Notes: a model not told the origin generated them from the sequence alone. Positions 44,059 to 54,308 are shown, counted from the first letter of the stretch. The stretch is DNA of 64,000 nucleotides from an uncultured delta proteobacterium (GCA_963821605.1 CAWGEZ010000060.1:9915-73914); one strand, 5' to 3'. A program made the numbers and translations.

Positions 44059-44358
44059 TCAGCTCGCTCGTGGCCCACGCCCCGTGAGCCTGTTCTCTCT
44101 TGTTCCCATTTTCTTCAGCGCAACGTTGGCCGCAATCAGTATTGGGTCCCATACGGTTGCAAACGGTGGAGCATACCCTAGATCGAGTCGGGCAACGTCT
44201 TCAATCGTCATTCTAGCATAAAGAGCCGTCGCAATCGTATCAATACGGTGTGCCACCCCTTCCTGCCCGACCATCTGGGCTGACGCACTGGCTGCGGACA
44301 TACCGGCGGCCACTCCACCGATGACTACCAGTCGCTCTTTTCGCGATTCCACAGTCAT
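44059..44358 (-). pseudogene. Internally deleted remnant of a pyridine nucleotide-disulfide (CoA-disulfide/NADH oxidase-type) oxidoreductase
   Basis: The N-terminal FAD fingerprint LVVIGGVAAGMSAA is fused directly to a C-terminal dimerisation-domain sequence (TIEDVARLDLGYAPPFATVWDPI). About 350 expected codons between them are absent. Confidence 0.55.
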
Positions 44359-44547
44359 GCCTCCCTATTTTCATATAGTAGTAATTCCAGTTGGACATAT
44401 CAACCTCGTAGCCGGACGATTTGACCGCACGCCTTTCCGCGCCTTATAATAGATTTCCACGGGCAAGTCCGTGCCATTGGATCACAGACGCGCGACACGA
44501 GCCCCGGTAATAACGCGCTACCATTTCTGAACAGGGAGGTTCCCAGT

Positions 44548-45091
44548 ATGAAGACGGTGATTCTCTTCGGCAGTCCGCGCAAGAAGGGTAATACGCGCCA
44601 GCTTGTCAACACCTTTTCTGAGACTATGAAGAAGAAGGGCCATGACGTAAGGCTTCTCAATCTGAATGAGATGAATGTGCGTCCCTGTCAGGGATGTCTC
44701 GTCTGTGCAAAAGAAGGTAAATGCAGGATCAACGATGACATGAAGGACATACGCAAGTATATGCTTGAATCAGACCTTCTGGTCTACGCCACTCCCACTT
44801 ACTGGTGGGGCCCGTCGGCTCAACTGAAAGTGGTGATCGACCGGTCGGTTGCCTTTTTCGATGAAGACATGGAGTCGAGAATCAAGGGTAAGAAGGCTGT
44901 CACGCTGATTACCTGTGCGGACAAATCCCTCGACACGTTCACGCCGGCCCTTGACGCAATTCAGAAGAACTTTCGATGCTCTTTCTGTCAACTACCTGGG
45001 AGGTGTTGAGGAGGCAGGGTGTGAAGAGACAGGAAAGGTGAGCAAGAAGGCATTGGAAAGAACGAGGAAGCTGGCTCAGTCTTTAACATGA
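44548..45091 (+). CDS. Flavodoxin-like NAD(P)H-dependent FMN reductase / iron-sulfur flavoprotein family (frameshift near 44975)
   Basis: MKTVILFGSPRKKGNT...CQGCLVC...LVYATPTYWW. The C-terminus reads on as FDALSVNYLGGVEEAG... in the +1 frame to a stop at 45091. Confidence 0.7.
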
Positions 45092-45875
45092 AAGACGATA
45101 CGAACGGACTCTCCTATTTTGTGACCAAGAAGGTGGGCAAGGCCATCTGGGATTACCGGATGATTCAAGACGGCGATCGGATTTTGCTTGCCGTCTCGGG
45201 CGGAAAAGATAGCCTTTCACTTGCTCAGAATCATGAAGGAGCGGATGAAGTTCGTTCCGATCAAGTACGAAATAATCGCCTGTCACGTGGACATGGGCTT
45301 CGAATGGGTCAGAAAAGACGTACTCATCGAGCACTTTGAGAAAGAGGGTGTTAGATACGTCGTGACTCAGCCGACCGATGCCTTGTACAAGGAGGGTGAG
45401 ACCTTTGGCTGCTTCTGGTGCAGTTGGAGCAGGCGCAAGCGATTCTTCGCGCTGGCCAAGGAACTGGACTGCTCCAAAATCGCTTTAGGCCACCACCTTG
45501 ATGACATCACTGAAACCCTCCTCATGAATCTCTTCTTCAACGGAGAGATATGCACGATGAGACCTTACCAGGAAATGTTCGGAGGGAAACTCGCGCTCAT
45601 CAGGCCCCTCGCCTACGTGGAGGAGCAGGAGCTGGCAAGACTTGCCGAAAGTCTTGAGCTTCCCGTCATCAAGTCGCAATGCCCGTATGCCAAGACGTCG
45701 AAACGGAGACTCGCGAAAGGTATGATACAGAGAGGCAGAGCAGCACAGCAAGCACGTTAAGAAGAACATATTCAGAAGTCTCCAAAGAGTGCGGCCGGAA
45801 TACCTGCTCGGGTACGAGAACATAACGGTAATACCGCGCGCAGCGAAGCCTTCGACCAACCCCAAGCGCGACTAA
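45088..45875 (+). CDS. ttcA: TtcA-family PP-loop tRNA 2-thiocytidine-type thiolase (two frameshifts)
   Basis: It has the PP-loop LLAVSGGKDS, CFWCSWSRRKRFF and LGHHLDDITETLLMNLFFNG. The C-terminus HVKKNIFRSLQRVRPEYL lies in a shifted frame. The start overlaps the previous stop (ATGA). Confidence 0.75.
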
Positions 45876-46005
45876 TCTCAGCCAAATTGTCAACCAAGGC
45901 TGTGAACCGACTTGCTGCGCGTCGCCTAATGTAATGTACAGACCGTGAGCGCCAGAGAGCGGAGAAAATGGTGCGGCCCGGCCTACTCAATGTTTTTACA
46001 CGTTC

Positions 46006-46801
46006 TTATGTGTCAGCGTTCTTAAAGAGGTAGCTGAACCAGAAGTTTTCGGCGCACGTATCGATCAACGTCAACCTTTCCTTTAGCCGCTCTGCGATCC
46101 TGTGACCTTCGGTGGCGAGAAGACCTGAAATAACGTAATGCTTCTTCGTGTAGAAGGCATCGAGTCCTGTTATCTCGTCGATCGCTGCATAGTGCATGTT
46201 GGCCACGAGAAGTTCGGCTGGAAGATGCAACGAGGTCGGGGGCATTGCCCATGATGATGTGCATCCGCTCTGCCACGCTGTTAAGGGTCCTGTTCCCTCG
46301 TGCCGTCTCTATTGAAAGGTTGTTGTTGTCAACGGCGTAGGCCGTCCTTGAGCCCATCTTGAGACACGCGATGGAGAGTATGCCGGTGCCTGTACCAAGG
46401 TCGAGAACAGTTCCCGGTGCAGACCACGTGAATAACTTCTGCAGCAGCACGAGGCAGCCCTTGGTGCTCGGGTGGTATCCTGACCCGAAGGCCATACCCG
46501 GGTCTATACAGATCCGAAGGCCGTCACCCTCAGGCGACGGATTCCATGGGGGATGGAGCGTAATATGACCGACCGTGAGCACGCCGAGCGTCGTACCCGA
46601 TTCCCAGTCCTCGTGCCGGATGACTAATTCAGAGCGGACGGGCAGGGGCAGTTGCTCCAGAAGAGACCCCTTTGGTTGCTTGAAGAAAAGGAATGAATAC
46701 CTCGATTCTTTCCAGAAACCGATGTAATCCGCGTCGATAATCTTCGGGATCTCCCTGCTCAGGTCTCCCTCGAATTCGTAAATGTAGATGAGATCGTACA
46801 T
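46006..46801 (-). CDS. prmA: Ribosomal protein L11 methyltransferase-like (PrmA) (frameshift near 46240)
   Basis: IDPGMAFGSGYHPSTKGCL, VLDLGTGTGILSIA and VDNN are PrmA motifs. The tail lies in the 46006..46245 frame. Confidence 0.75.
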
Positions 46802-46808
46802 GCTTAAA

Positions 46809-46964
46809 CAGTGGTCAATGGTCAGTGAACAGTGAACTGTCTAAGGTATACTACAATGACGACAGGAGAGGCCAGAACGGAATCCAAACGAGGGTAATCG
46901 ACATTAAATTACTGCGGTATCCTTATCTGCTTTCGGATCTGCCTTGACTGCTCACTGACCACTG
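46809..46964. repeat. Long intergenic hairpin (CAGTGGTCAGTGA.CAG arms)
   Basis: CAGTGGTCA(ATGGTCA)GTGAACAG (46809-46832) pairs with CTGCTCACTGACCACTG (46948-46964). It lies in the divergent prmA / thiS-like intergenic region. Confidence 0.55.
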
Positions 46965-47022
46965 TAGGCGCCGGTTCTTTGCCGCCTTTGACTTCGGCCC
47001 GTGGTTATGCTATCTAATTGCC

Positions 47023-47211
47023 ATGAAAGTAGCGTGGGAAGGCAAAGTATACGAGCTGGAAAAGCCATTGACAGCGGGCAAACTTCTGGAAAAATTTTCG
47101 TTGAATCCGGAGGCCCATATCGTTGTGGCGAACGAAAAGCTGGTGACTGAAGACTGCAAACTCTCTCATGAGGATAGTATAAGAATCATCAGGGTGATAT
47201 CAGGCGGATGA
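47023..47211 (+). CDS. ThiS/MoaD-fold sulfur-carrier protein ending in Gly-Gly (TtuB-like)
   Basis: 62 aa ending ...IRVISGG followed by the stop. The stop overlaps the next start (ATGA at 47208). Confidence 0.7.
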   Translation: MKVAWEGKVYELEKPLTAGKLLEKFSLNPEAHIVVANEKLVTEDCKLSHEDSIRIIRVISGG

Positions 47212-48180
47212 AATGCAGGGTATGCGGCAAGGAAGCAAGCCATCCGTTTGAGTGCCTACAATACAGCTCTCTGCGCTGACGATTTTCTGGCATTCTTCGA
47301 GAGAAGAGTCACGCGTGCCGTACAGAAGTATCACCTCATCGAATGTACTGATTCGCCTCTTGTAGCGGTCTCCGGCGGTAAGGATAGTCTCTCCCTTTGG
47401 TATATCCTCAATAAATCCGGCTATTGTGCTGACGGCATATACATCGACCTGGGGATCGGTGATTATTCACGCGTCTCCTTCGAAAAGGCGAGGCTGATGG
47501 CTGATCGCCTTGGACGAAGGATCTACAGATTTTCGTTGCCTGCACTCTTTCAGAAGGGGATCGGAGATCTGTCAAAAGCTATGAAGAGGGCTCCTTGCTC
47601 TCTCTGCGGCGTGTTAAAGAGATATCTTATGAACAAGGCGTGCATTGACTGCGGCTACACAGTGCTTGCGACCGGGCATAACCTTGACGATGAGGCATCA
47701 GCACTCTTCGGTAACCTTCTCTATTGGAAAGAGGAATACCTGTACAAGAAGAACATCTCGCTGGAAGGAAGAGGCGATTATCTCGCGAAGAAGGTCAAAC
47801 CGTTTTTTTTGTGTTCCGAGAGGGAAGCGGCAGCATACGCTATGCTCCGCCGCATAGACTATGTGTACGAGGAGTGCCCCTATTCGGTCGGAGCCAAAAC
47901 CTTGCTTTACAAGGAGCTTCTCAATAAAATAGAGGTAACTTCTCCGGCCACAAAGATCAGGTTCGTCAAGGGTTACCTCGAGAGAGCAAAGGAGCAGGAG
48001 GCGCGGCCCGATCCGCGAAAGGTGCGCTCGCTGCGGCTATCCGTCCTATACGGAGACCTGTAACGTTTGCCGACTCATTGAGCGGTTCGGGACAGGGGAA
48101 GCGCTTCGCATCGAATGTTACGAACCGGCACAGACTGCCCTTACGCCTGATACCTCGACCGAGGCGGACGCAGCACAATG
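47208..48180 (+). CDS. ttuA: TtuA/Ncs6-type PP-loop tRNA 2-thiouridine synthetase with terminal zinc fingers (two frameshifts)
   Basis: MKCRVCGKEA is the N-terminal CxxC finger. It then shifts into the 47248..48063 frame, which carries VAVSGGKDS, PCSLCG, GHNLDDE and ECPY. A shift near 48025 gives CARCGYPSYTETCNVCRL, with the stop at 48180. Confidence 0.7.
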
Positions 48181-49571
48181 ATCCAGATAGACAGTTTTTC
48201 CGAGCTTGTTTTTAACGTTTACGAGGCATTTACGGTGGCTTTGCTTCTTAAGGATGAAGAGCGCTTTCGCTGTCTCTCTTCGGTTACTTTCGCCAAGAGT
48301 TTTGACCGGGACCGAACTATCCCCATCGAAGGGACACTGCCCGGATGGGTGCTCAAGCATAATGAGCCCCTGATCATTCCCAACTTCGACAAAGACGAAT
48401 CGACGCTCGGGTATTATGGGTCCGAAGAGGGCATCAAGTCCTTCATGGCCTACCCCCTTGAGGCCCCGGGGGTCATCGTGGTGGATAGCAAGAAGCGTTA
48501 CGTCTTCACGGACCGGGAGAAGAAACTGCTCGGTCACTTTGTGTTGATGATAGGGAAAGAACTGGAGAAGGAGAAAAGGCTGCAGGAGCTTGAAGAGAAA
48601 AACGAGGATCTCTCCATTGAGCGCAGAATTATTCGGTCTTTTCTGAAGCCAGGATTGTCGGAGGTATCACTGGAGGAAGTGCTGGAAGAGTGCCTCACCC
48701 TCTGTCAAGGAGACTTCTGCTTCATCGGAGTTGAACGAAATGGTAAGCTTGTCATCGTTGATTGCGCAGGGACCGAAGCGAACAACCTCCGGCTGAAAGA
48801 GTGCCCTATGACAGGGACTGTTGCCTCGATGGTTTTCGAAGGAAGGAAAGAGTTCTTACTCCCGCACGGCAGCGGCTATCTCAGGGAAAAACCGCTTCTG
48901 TTTTCCGACGATGGCTTGAAGGCAAAACAGTTTTTTGGATTTCCCCTTCTGTTCGATGAAGAAGCATTTGGGACTTGCGGGCTTCGTTTCTCTTTCCGAT
49001 GTGGGGCTGAGAGATGGCGTTATAGGCCTGTTGAGGGACATCTCATCGTTATTGTCCCTCTATTTTATACGCGAGCTGGACCAAAGGAACTATCGAAAGA
49101 GGCAAATCGGTTGATCCGGTGACAGGAGCGCTCCTTTTTGCCCCCTTCTTTAAAAAGATAGAGGCGTGGATTCAGGAGAGGAAGGATTTTTCCCTGGTAT
49201 CGGTAAAGGTGCCGGGATTTCATGCGTACAACCGGCTGCTCGGTGTGGAGGCTACGGATCGCGTGCTCCGGAAAATCGTCCAGAGTGTCGAGCAGTGCCT
49301 CGGCAGGACGGCTCTCGTGACGAAAGCGGAAGTGAGCCATTTCTACGCGGTCACACGAGACCCCCAGGCTCTGGAGGCGGAAAATATGACGCGCGTATTG
49401 AACTACACGATACTGAGCGCCATGGCAGATAGCCGGATCGAAACAAAAGGAGCATTACAAATCGGCGTGGTTGAGTTCCCTGGAGACGGTGAGAGTCTCT
49501 GGGCACTCCTGGACCGGGCTGACGAACGGGGAGAACGACAGTCCTACATGAACAGGGGGGCACGAGCATGA
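48178..49571 (+). CDS. GAF-GAF protein with a degenerate GGDEF-like C-terminal domain (at least two frameshifts)
   Basis: There are two GAF-like segments (48178..~48560 and ~48640..~49000). DPVTGAL...VKVPGFHAYNRLLGVEATDRVL aligns with the start of a GGDEF fold, but SHFYAV replaces GGDEF. Start and stop overlap the neighbouring genes by 4 nt. Confidence 0.5.
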
Positions 49572-50606
49572 GTTTTATTTCAAAATTGATGGGTATGGTT
49601 TCATCATTTTCCACGCATTGCGCCATGGACCTTGGCACGGCCAACACGCTGATTTATCTGAAGGGCGAAGGCATCGTGCTGAACGAGCCGTCGGTCGTGG
49701 CTCTTGAAAGGGACACCGGGAGGGTTATTGCCGTGGGCCGAGAGGCAAAAGAGTACATTGGCAAAACACCCCCGCACATCAGCGCAATCCGGCCGCTCAA
49801 AGACGGAGTAATCGCGGATTTCGATGTGGCCAAGGCGATGATCAAGTATTTTCTGAACGTGGTCAAAGAGACGCGGAAGATTTCGAAGCCCAAAATGGTG
49901 GTCTGTGTGCCGTCCGGAATAACGCAGGTTGAGAAGAAGGCGGTCGTTGATGCCTGCTTTCAGGTTGGTATCCGGGACATCCATCTGATCGAAGAACCGA
50001 TGGCTGCCGCAATCGGGGCTGAACTGCCCATAGAGCTCCCCAGAGGAAACATGATTTGCGACATCGGCGGCGGTACGACAGAGGTGGCGATTATCAGCCT
50101 TTCTGCAAACGCGTACAGCGAATCCTTGCGCGTAGCGGGTGATGAGATGGATGAAGCCATTGTGAGGCATCTGCAAAAGAAGTATCAGGTTGCTGTGGGA
50201 GTGAATGCGGCGGAGAGAATCAAGATGGAGGTCGGTTCAGCTTACCCGGGCGCTGCGTCCGGATCAATGAACGTTGTGGGCAAGGATCTCGTCAACGGCA
50301 TTCCCAAGACCATTGCCGTTACCGCGGACGACGTGAGGGAGGCAATAGAAGAGCCGGTAGAGGCGATCATAGATGCGGTGAAGAGGGCTCTGGAGAAACT
50401 TCCGCCGGAGCTCGTTTCAGACCTGAAGGACTCGGGCATGGTGCTGACTGGCGGCGGTGCACTTCTCAAGGGGCTGGATAAGAGGATATCGGAACGGACG
50501 AGCCTCGAAGTCCACGTGCCTGAGGATCCGTTGATCTGCGTCGTCATGGGAAGCGGCAGGGCGCTGGAAGAGATACAGCGCTATCAAGAAGGTGTTTATC
50601 AACTAG
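49568..50606 (+). CDS. mreB: Rod-shape-determining protein MreB (frameshift near 50582)
   Basis: MDLGTANTLIYLKGEGIVLNEPSVVA, ISAIRPLKDGVIADF and DIGGGTTEVAIISL are MreB motifs. A 1-nt shift restores the typical C-terminus ...KKVFIN plus stop at 50606. The listed ORF instead runs into a repeat. Confidence 0.9.
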
Positions 50607-50649
50607 CGCAAAACCTGTTCCTTACAGGATGCTACGCTACCGGTTACGG

Positions 50650-50744
50650 GTTACGAGTTACAAGTTCAAGAAGATGTTTCCAGATTAGCGCGCCTTCGAC
50701 GCGGTTCTGTGCATTGCCCGTAACGTCTCGCTGTAACTCGTAAC
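50650..50744. repeat. Long intergenic hairpin (GTTACGAGTTAC arms)
   Basis: GTTACGAGTTAC (50650-50661) pairs with GTAACTCGTAAC (50733-50744). It lies directly after the restored mreB stop. Confidence 0.55.
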
Positions 50745-51658
50745 TTGTAACATATTTTGACCCTGTAGCCCAACGTACTAATCAGTTGTTCCTATGAAAA
50801 ATAGCCTTCTGGTGTGTTGACTTTTCTTCAGGCTCTGCTAACCTTATAGATAAGATGGCAATCAGCCGACTAAATAAGCAATCCGGACCCACCGAATCCT
50901 GCCCATGACGCATGCGACACCGCCGGTCAGTTCGGATGCGGGAATGTAAGATCTTACCCTTCAGACAGACGCGTCTTCGGGGATTCTCCGGGGCCGGCGA
51001 ACTTGCCAGCGACTGCGCGATCGTCTGAGCCTGACGATAGAGGAGAGCCTCGAAGCAAGGAGGAACTTTCTGGCAGTCTGTCTTCCGGAATACCCGGAGA
51101 CGAACTCCTGTCACGGTCCTCTTCTCTCCGCCCGGTGGTTGAAAAGGGTGTTGCTTCTGAGCACCTTTACCGCCTGGACAGCCGCCGCAATAGCAGTTGC
51201 AATCGCCCTCGACTAAACTCAGCTACCTGACATTGCCACGTATCAATCAGGAAAACCCATTAGTGCACGTCGATAGGAATACCCAGGTGCGGACTGATTG
51301 CTTATGTATGCGTGAAGAATTGCCGATAATATGCTTGAGAGATTCTATACGGGGAGAGGATGAAAATAAGCAGTCTGTCTGGAGGTCATGGGACTCTTTG
51401 ACATTATGGCTCGGCATGGCGCGGCGCTCGTGCACGAGAAACCCAGAGTGCACAGAGACCCAAAAATGGTGAAGGTAAACAACTCCGGAGCCAAGGAAAA
51501 GAGCGGGACCTCGACGGACAAGAAACAGGACTCGACCAATAAGGTTAACAAAACGCGACACGGCCCGATAGCCGGTAGTGTGCCCTCAGGGCCGCATCTT
51601 CGATTCGGGGTTCTTTAGACCGTCCGTCAAAACCGCGAAAGCTTCTGTTTACTCTGCT

Positions 51659-52830
51659 CTAGTACAGGAACATCGGCTTGCCCAACATGTTCCTGATCTT
51701 GGCCCGGTAGTTCTGCGCGTCGTAGAGGGCGGTGATGTCTACATGTTTTTTTGCGGCGATCACGAGTTCAATAGGTACGGTTGTATAAATGCCCTGATGA
51801 AGCGCTACCATCCGTCCCATGTGACCAAGAGCCACCTGGTCCAGGGCGAGATTGCCATACGAGACAGCGACCATGCGGTCGAGGGAGTCAGGGCGCCCCG
51901 GAACGCATAATGTAGGCGAGTTGCTGGTAGATGATGTTGACGCCCGTTCTCTTTCTTGATCTCTTCGGCCACGATCGCGCCAATGCCGCCAAGCTTTTTG
52001 TGACCGTACGCGTCTTCCTTGCCGGTTTCGATGATTGCACCACCCACGGGGTAGGCGCCTTCCGATATGGTCAGGACTGCGTAGTTTGACGGGTTTCGGG
52101 AACGATCGTCCACAAGAAATCCGCAAAGGCGGTCCAGGTCAAAAGGCACTTCTGAAATGACCGCGCGATCCACATCCGCCAGGTATGCGGCAAACAACGA
52201 TGTCTCGCCTGAGTTACGTCCGAAAAGTTCCACGACGCCTATGCGCTCATGCGAGCCCATGGTGGTGCGCAGTGCGTGGATGGTGTCGACGGAACGCGTG
52301 ACGGCTGTTGAGAAGCCTATGCAGAAATCCGTGCCGAAGACATCGTTGTCCATGGTCTTCGGGATGGCGACGATCTGGACACCCTCCTTGTGCAGACGAC
52401 AGGCGAAACTGAGTGTGTCGTCGCCGCCTATGGGTATGATGGCATCGAGCTTCAGGAATTCGATCACCCTGAGTATATGACGGGTACAATCGATTTTACC
52501 TTTGTCTATTGGGGTGCGGTCTTCCGCACGAACATATTCGGGTACCTCGTCCGGCTTCATGCTGCTCGGGTTTGTGCGTGACGTATGAAGAAATGTGCCA
52601 CCTGTTCGGTCGATGGTCCGAACAGTCTCTTCGGTGAGAGGAATGATATGCCGATTCGCCGATGGCGGATCGTCCGGGTTGACACAGAGAAGGCCCTGCC
52701 AGCCTGTCCTGATCCCGATGATATCGATGTCATGCGGGGGGGCCTGCGAGACAACCACCTTGATGGCAACGTTCAGACCGGGGACGTCTCCTCCACCCGT
52801 AAGGATGCCAACGCGTCGTCTTTCTGCCAT
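51659..52830 (-). CDS. pfk: 6-phosphofructokinase (ATP- or PPi-dependent) (frameshifts near 51910 and 51960)
   Basis: VGILTGGGDVPGLN, IPIGGDDTL, PKTMDNDV and a C-terminus in the 51659..52126 frame. Confidence 0.85.
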
Positions 52831-52908
52831 AGTGACCTCCCCTGGCGAATGTAACTGCTAACATCCATGGCCCGCATGTCCCACCTTGAATGGCGGCGGG
52901 TTGTTGAA

Positions 52909-52937
52909 AGTATGACCCGAGGTACACTGTTTGTCAA
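52909..52937 (-). promoter_or_regulatory. Putative sigma70-type promoter upstream of pfk
   Basis: On the minus strand: TTGACA (52937-52932), a 17-nt spacer, then CATACT (52914-52909). It lies about 80 nt upstream of the pfk ATG. Confidence 0.35.
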
Positions 52938-53020
52938 GCAGTGTCACCCTTCGTTATCCTATTCTATCCGGCTATTCTCAGCATGGGGACCACAGTCTAA
53001 TGGGCATCCTTCCGCCCACT

Positions 53021-53660
53021 TCACAGCCAGCTTACTGATTTTGCCAATGTAGGATATTCGACGGAAGGAGGTTGATAGTTGTCTGCCGGATATCCCAGCG
53101 CGCATCCATCAAGCGCATATTCCCCGGCGGGAATATTCAAGAAGTCTGCAAAAATCCGGGTCGCTATCCATTTGCGTCGTTGCACTGACAAGTTGAAGGC
53201 CAATACCGAGTGACGTTGCTTTCAGCCACATATTCTGCAGGCAGTAGCTCAGCGATTGCGCGGCAATTGGAGGCATTCCTTTTCTTTCTCCGACAACAAC
53301 AAAATACGGTGCATTACCGACACCGGGTACGCCTTGTTGTCCGATTCGCTTCATATTCTGCACAAAAGGAACAGGTCCCACCTTCTTTTCAAGTTCATCG
53401 GCAATCTTTGCCATCCGATTCTTGAGAATATCCGCTGCGGCTTCCATGGCTGATGACGAGCTTCGAATCACGAATACCTTTCTAAAGTCAGGTTTCCCGG
53501 CAACTGCAAGTGCTCCAAATGGAGCTAACAGGCCCGCTTGGATTATTGCTTCAATAGCCTCTTTTCCTGGCGGGATAGGGCTAAATGCTCTTACTGAGTG
53601 CCGTGCTCTTACAATGACATCGAGGGCTGCACTATGTTCGGGGGTGATGTTTTCAAACAT
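53021..53660 (-). CDS. Nitroreductase-family protein (frameshift near 53130); possible distal cassette
   Basis: RHSVRAF, the GLLAPF pattern and LKATSLGIG are nitroreductase-like. The C-terminus lies in the 53021..53203 frame. Confidence 0.65.
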
Positions 53661-53688
53661 GTTGTTCTCCTTTCATGTGTCATATCTT

Positions 53689-53750
53689 GGCTACGCCTAA
53701 TATGGCCATCACCGGGCGCGGTACGCGATCCGGTGCATGGCATCGTTACG
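53689..53750 (-). repeat. attC-like site 7 (after RHH-mazF unit)
   Basis: Minus strand: GCGTAAC-GAT-GCCATGCACCGG-loop-CCGGTGATGGC-CATATTAGGC-GTAGCC. R'' overlaps the mazF stop. L'' has one extra G relative to L'. Confidence 0.5.
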
Positions 53751-54081
53751 CAATGATCTCGTTCAGACCTTCAACTACCTGAATCATTTCTTCCTGAGAG
53801 GCCTTTCCTATAACCTTTCCGATTCTCTCCACGGAAAGGGTTCGGATTTGACTAATCTTCACCCATGACTGCTTTGGTAGATTGCCGGTTCTAAGTTCAA
53901 ATGTTAAAGGGAATCCCGCTTTTTGGTGCTGGCTTGTGATTGCGACGGCTATGACAGTTCCGGAACGTTCGTTAAAAATATCGTGGCTGAGGATCAAAAC
54001 AGGACGACGCCCGGTCTGTTCGCGACCTCGCGTGGGATTTAAGTCCGCCCATCGAATCTCCCCCCTTAGTATTCGGGCCAT
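53746..54081 (-). CDS. mazF: MazF/PemK-family type II toxin (mRNA interferase)
   Basis: 111 aa: GEIRWADLNPTRGREQTGRRPVLILS...TVIAVAITS. Confidence 0.85.
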   Translation of the reverse strand: MARILRGEIRWADLNPTRGREQTGRRPVLILSHDIFNERSGTVIAVAITSQHQKAGFPLTFELRTGNLPKQSWVKISQIRTLSVERIGKVIGKASQEEMIQVVEGLNEIIA

Positions 54082-54308
54082 TGGCTCACATCCTCGGTCA
54101 GTCCTTCCTCGGCCATTGCTTTCTCAGCCACGCGGTCGAGCCTAGCACATTCGATCGCGAGTCGGCTTCGTTTCAGTCGCAGCAGCTTTTCACTCACTGC
54201 TTCCTGGATGACCTGGCTGCGGCTTTGATACACATGCCTCTTGACCAACCCATCTAATTCGCCAATGAATTCCTTATCCAGTGTAATTGCTATCTTTTCT
54301 TTAGCCAT
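54066..54308 (-). CDS. Ribbon-helix-helix (CopG-like) antitoxin of the downstream MazF
   Basis: MAKEKIAITLDKEFIGELDGLV...SRSQVIQEAV. It overlaps mazF by 16 nt. The start is taken at the internal ATG 54308, behind RBS GGGAGGG. Confidence 0.7.
   Translation of the reverse strand: MAKEKIAITLDKEFIGELDGLVKRHVYQSRSQVIQEAVSEKLLRLKRSRLAIECARLDRVAEKAMAEEGLTEDVSQWPEY

Noticed and set aside
50880-51240. RNase P RNA, tmRNA, SRP RNA or cobalamin riboswitch
   Set aside because: There is a superficial resemblance (GGTTGAAAAGGGTG..., CCGGAAGACAGACTGCC). The diagnostic motifs are absent on both strands: GAGGAAAGTCCGG and ACAGAA..GGCTTA for RNase P, the T-arm/CCA end for tmRNA, and the GGAAGCAGCC loop for SRP.
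52857-52915. Eighth attC-like site (…AACCCGCCGCC…GCGGGCCATGGATGTTAGC)
   Set aside because: It lies downstream of a good promoter candidate for pfk, so it is more simply a 5'-UTR hairpin. It is 105 nt from the nitroreductase stop, and its R'' is not recognisable. This is left unresolved rather than claimed.
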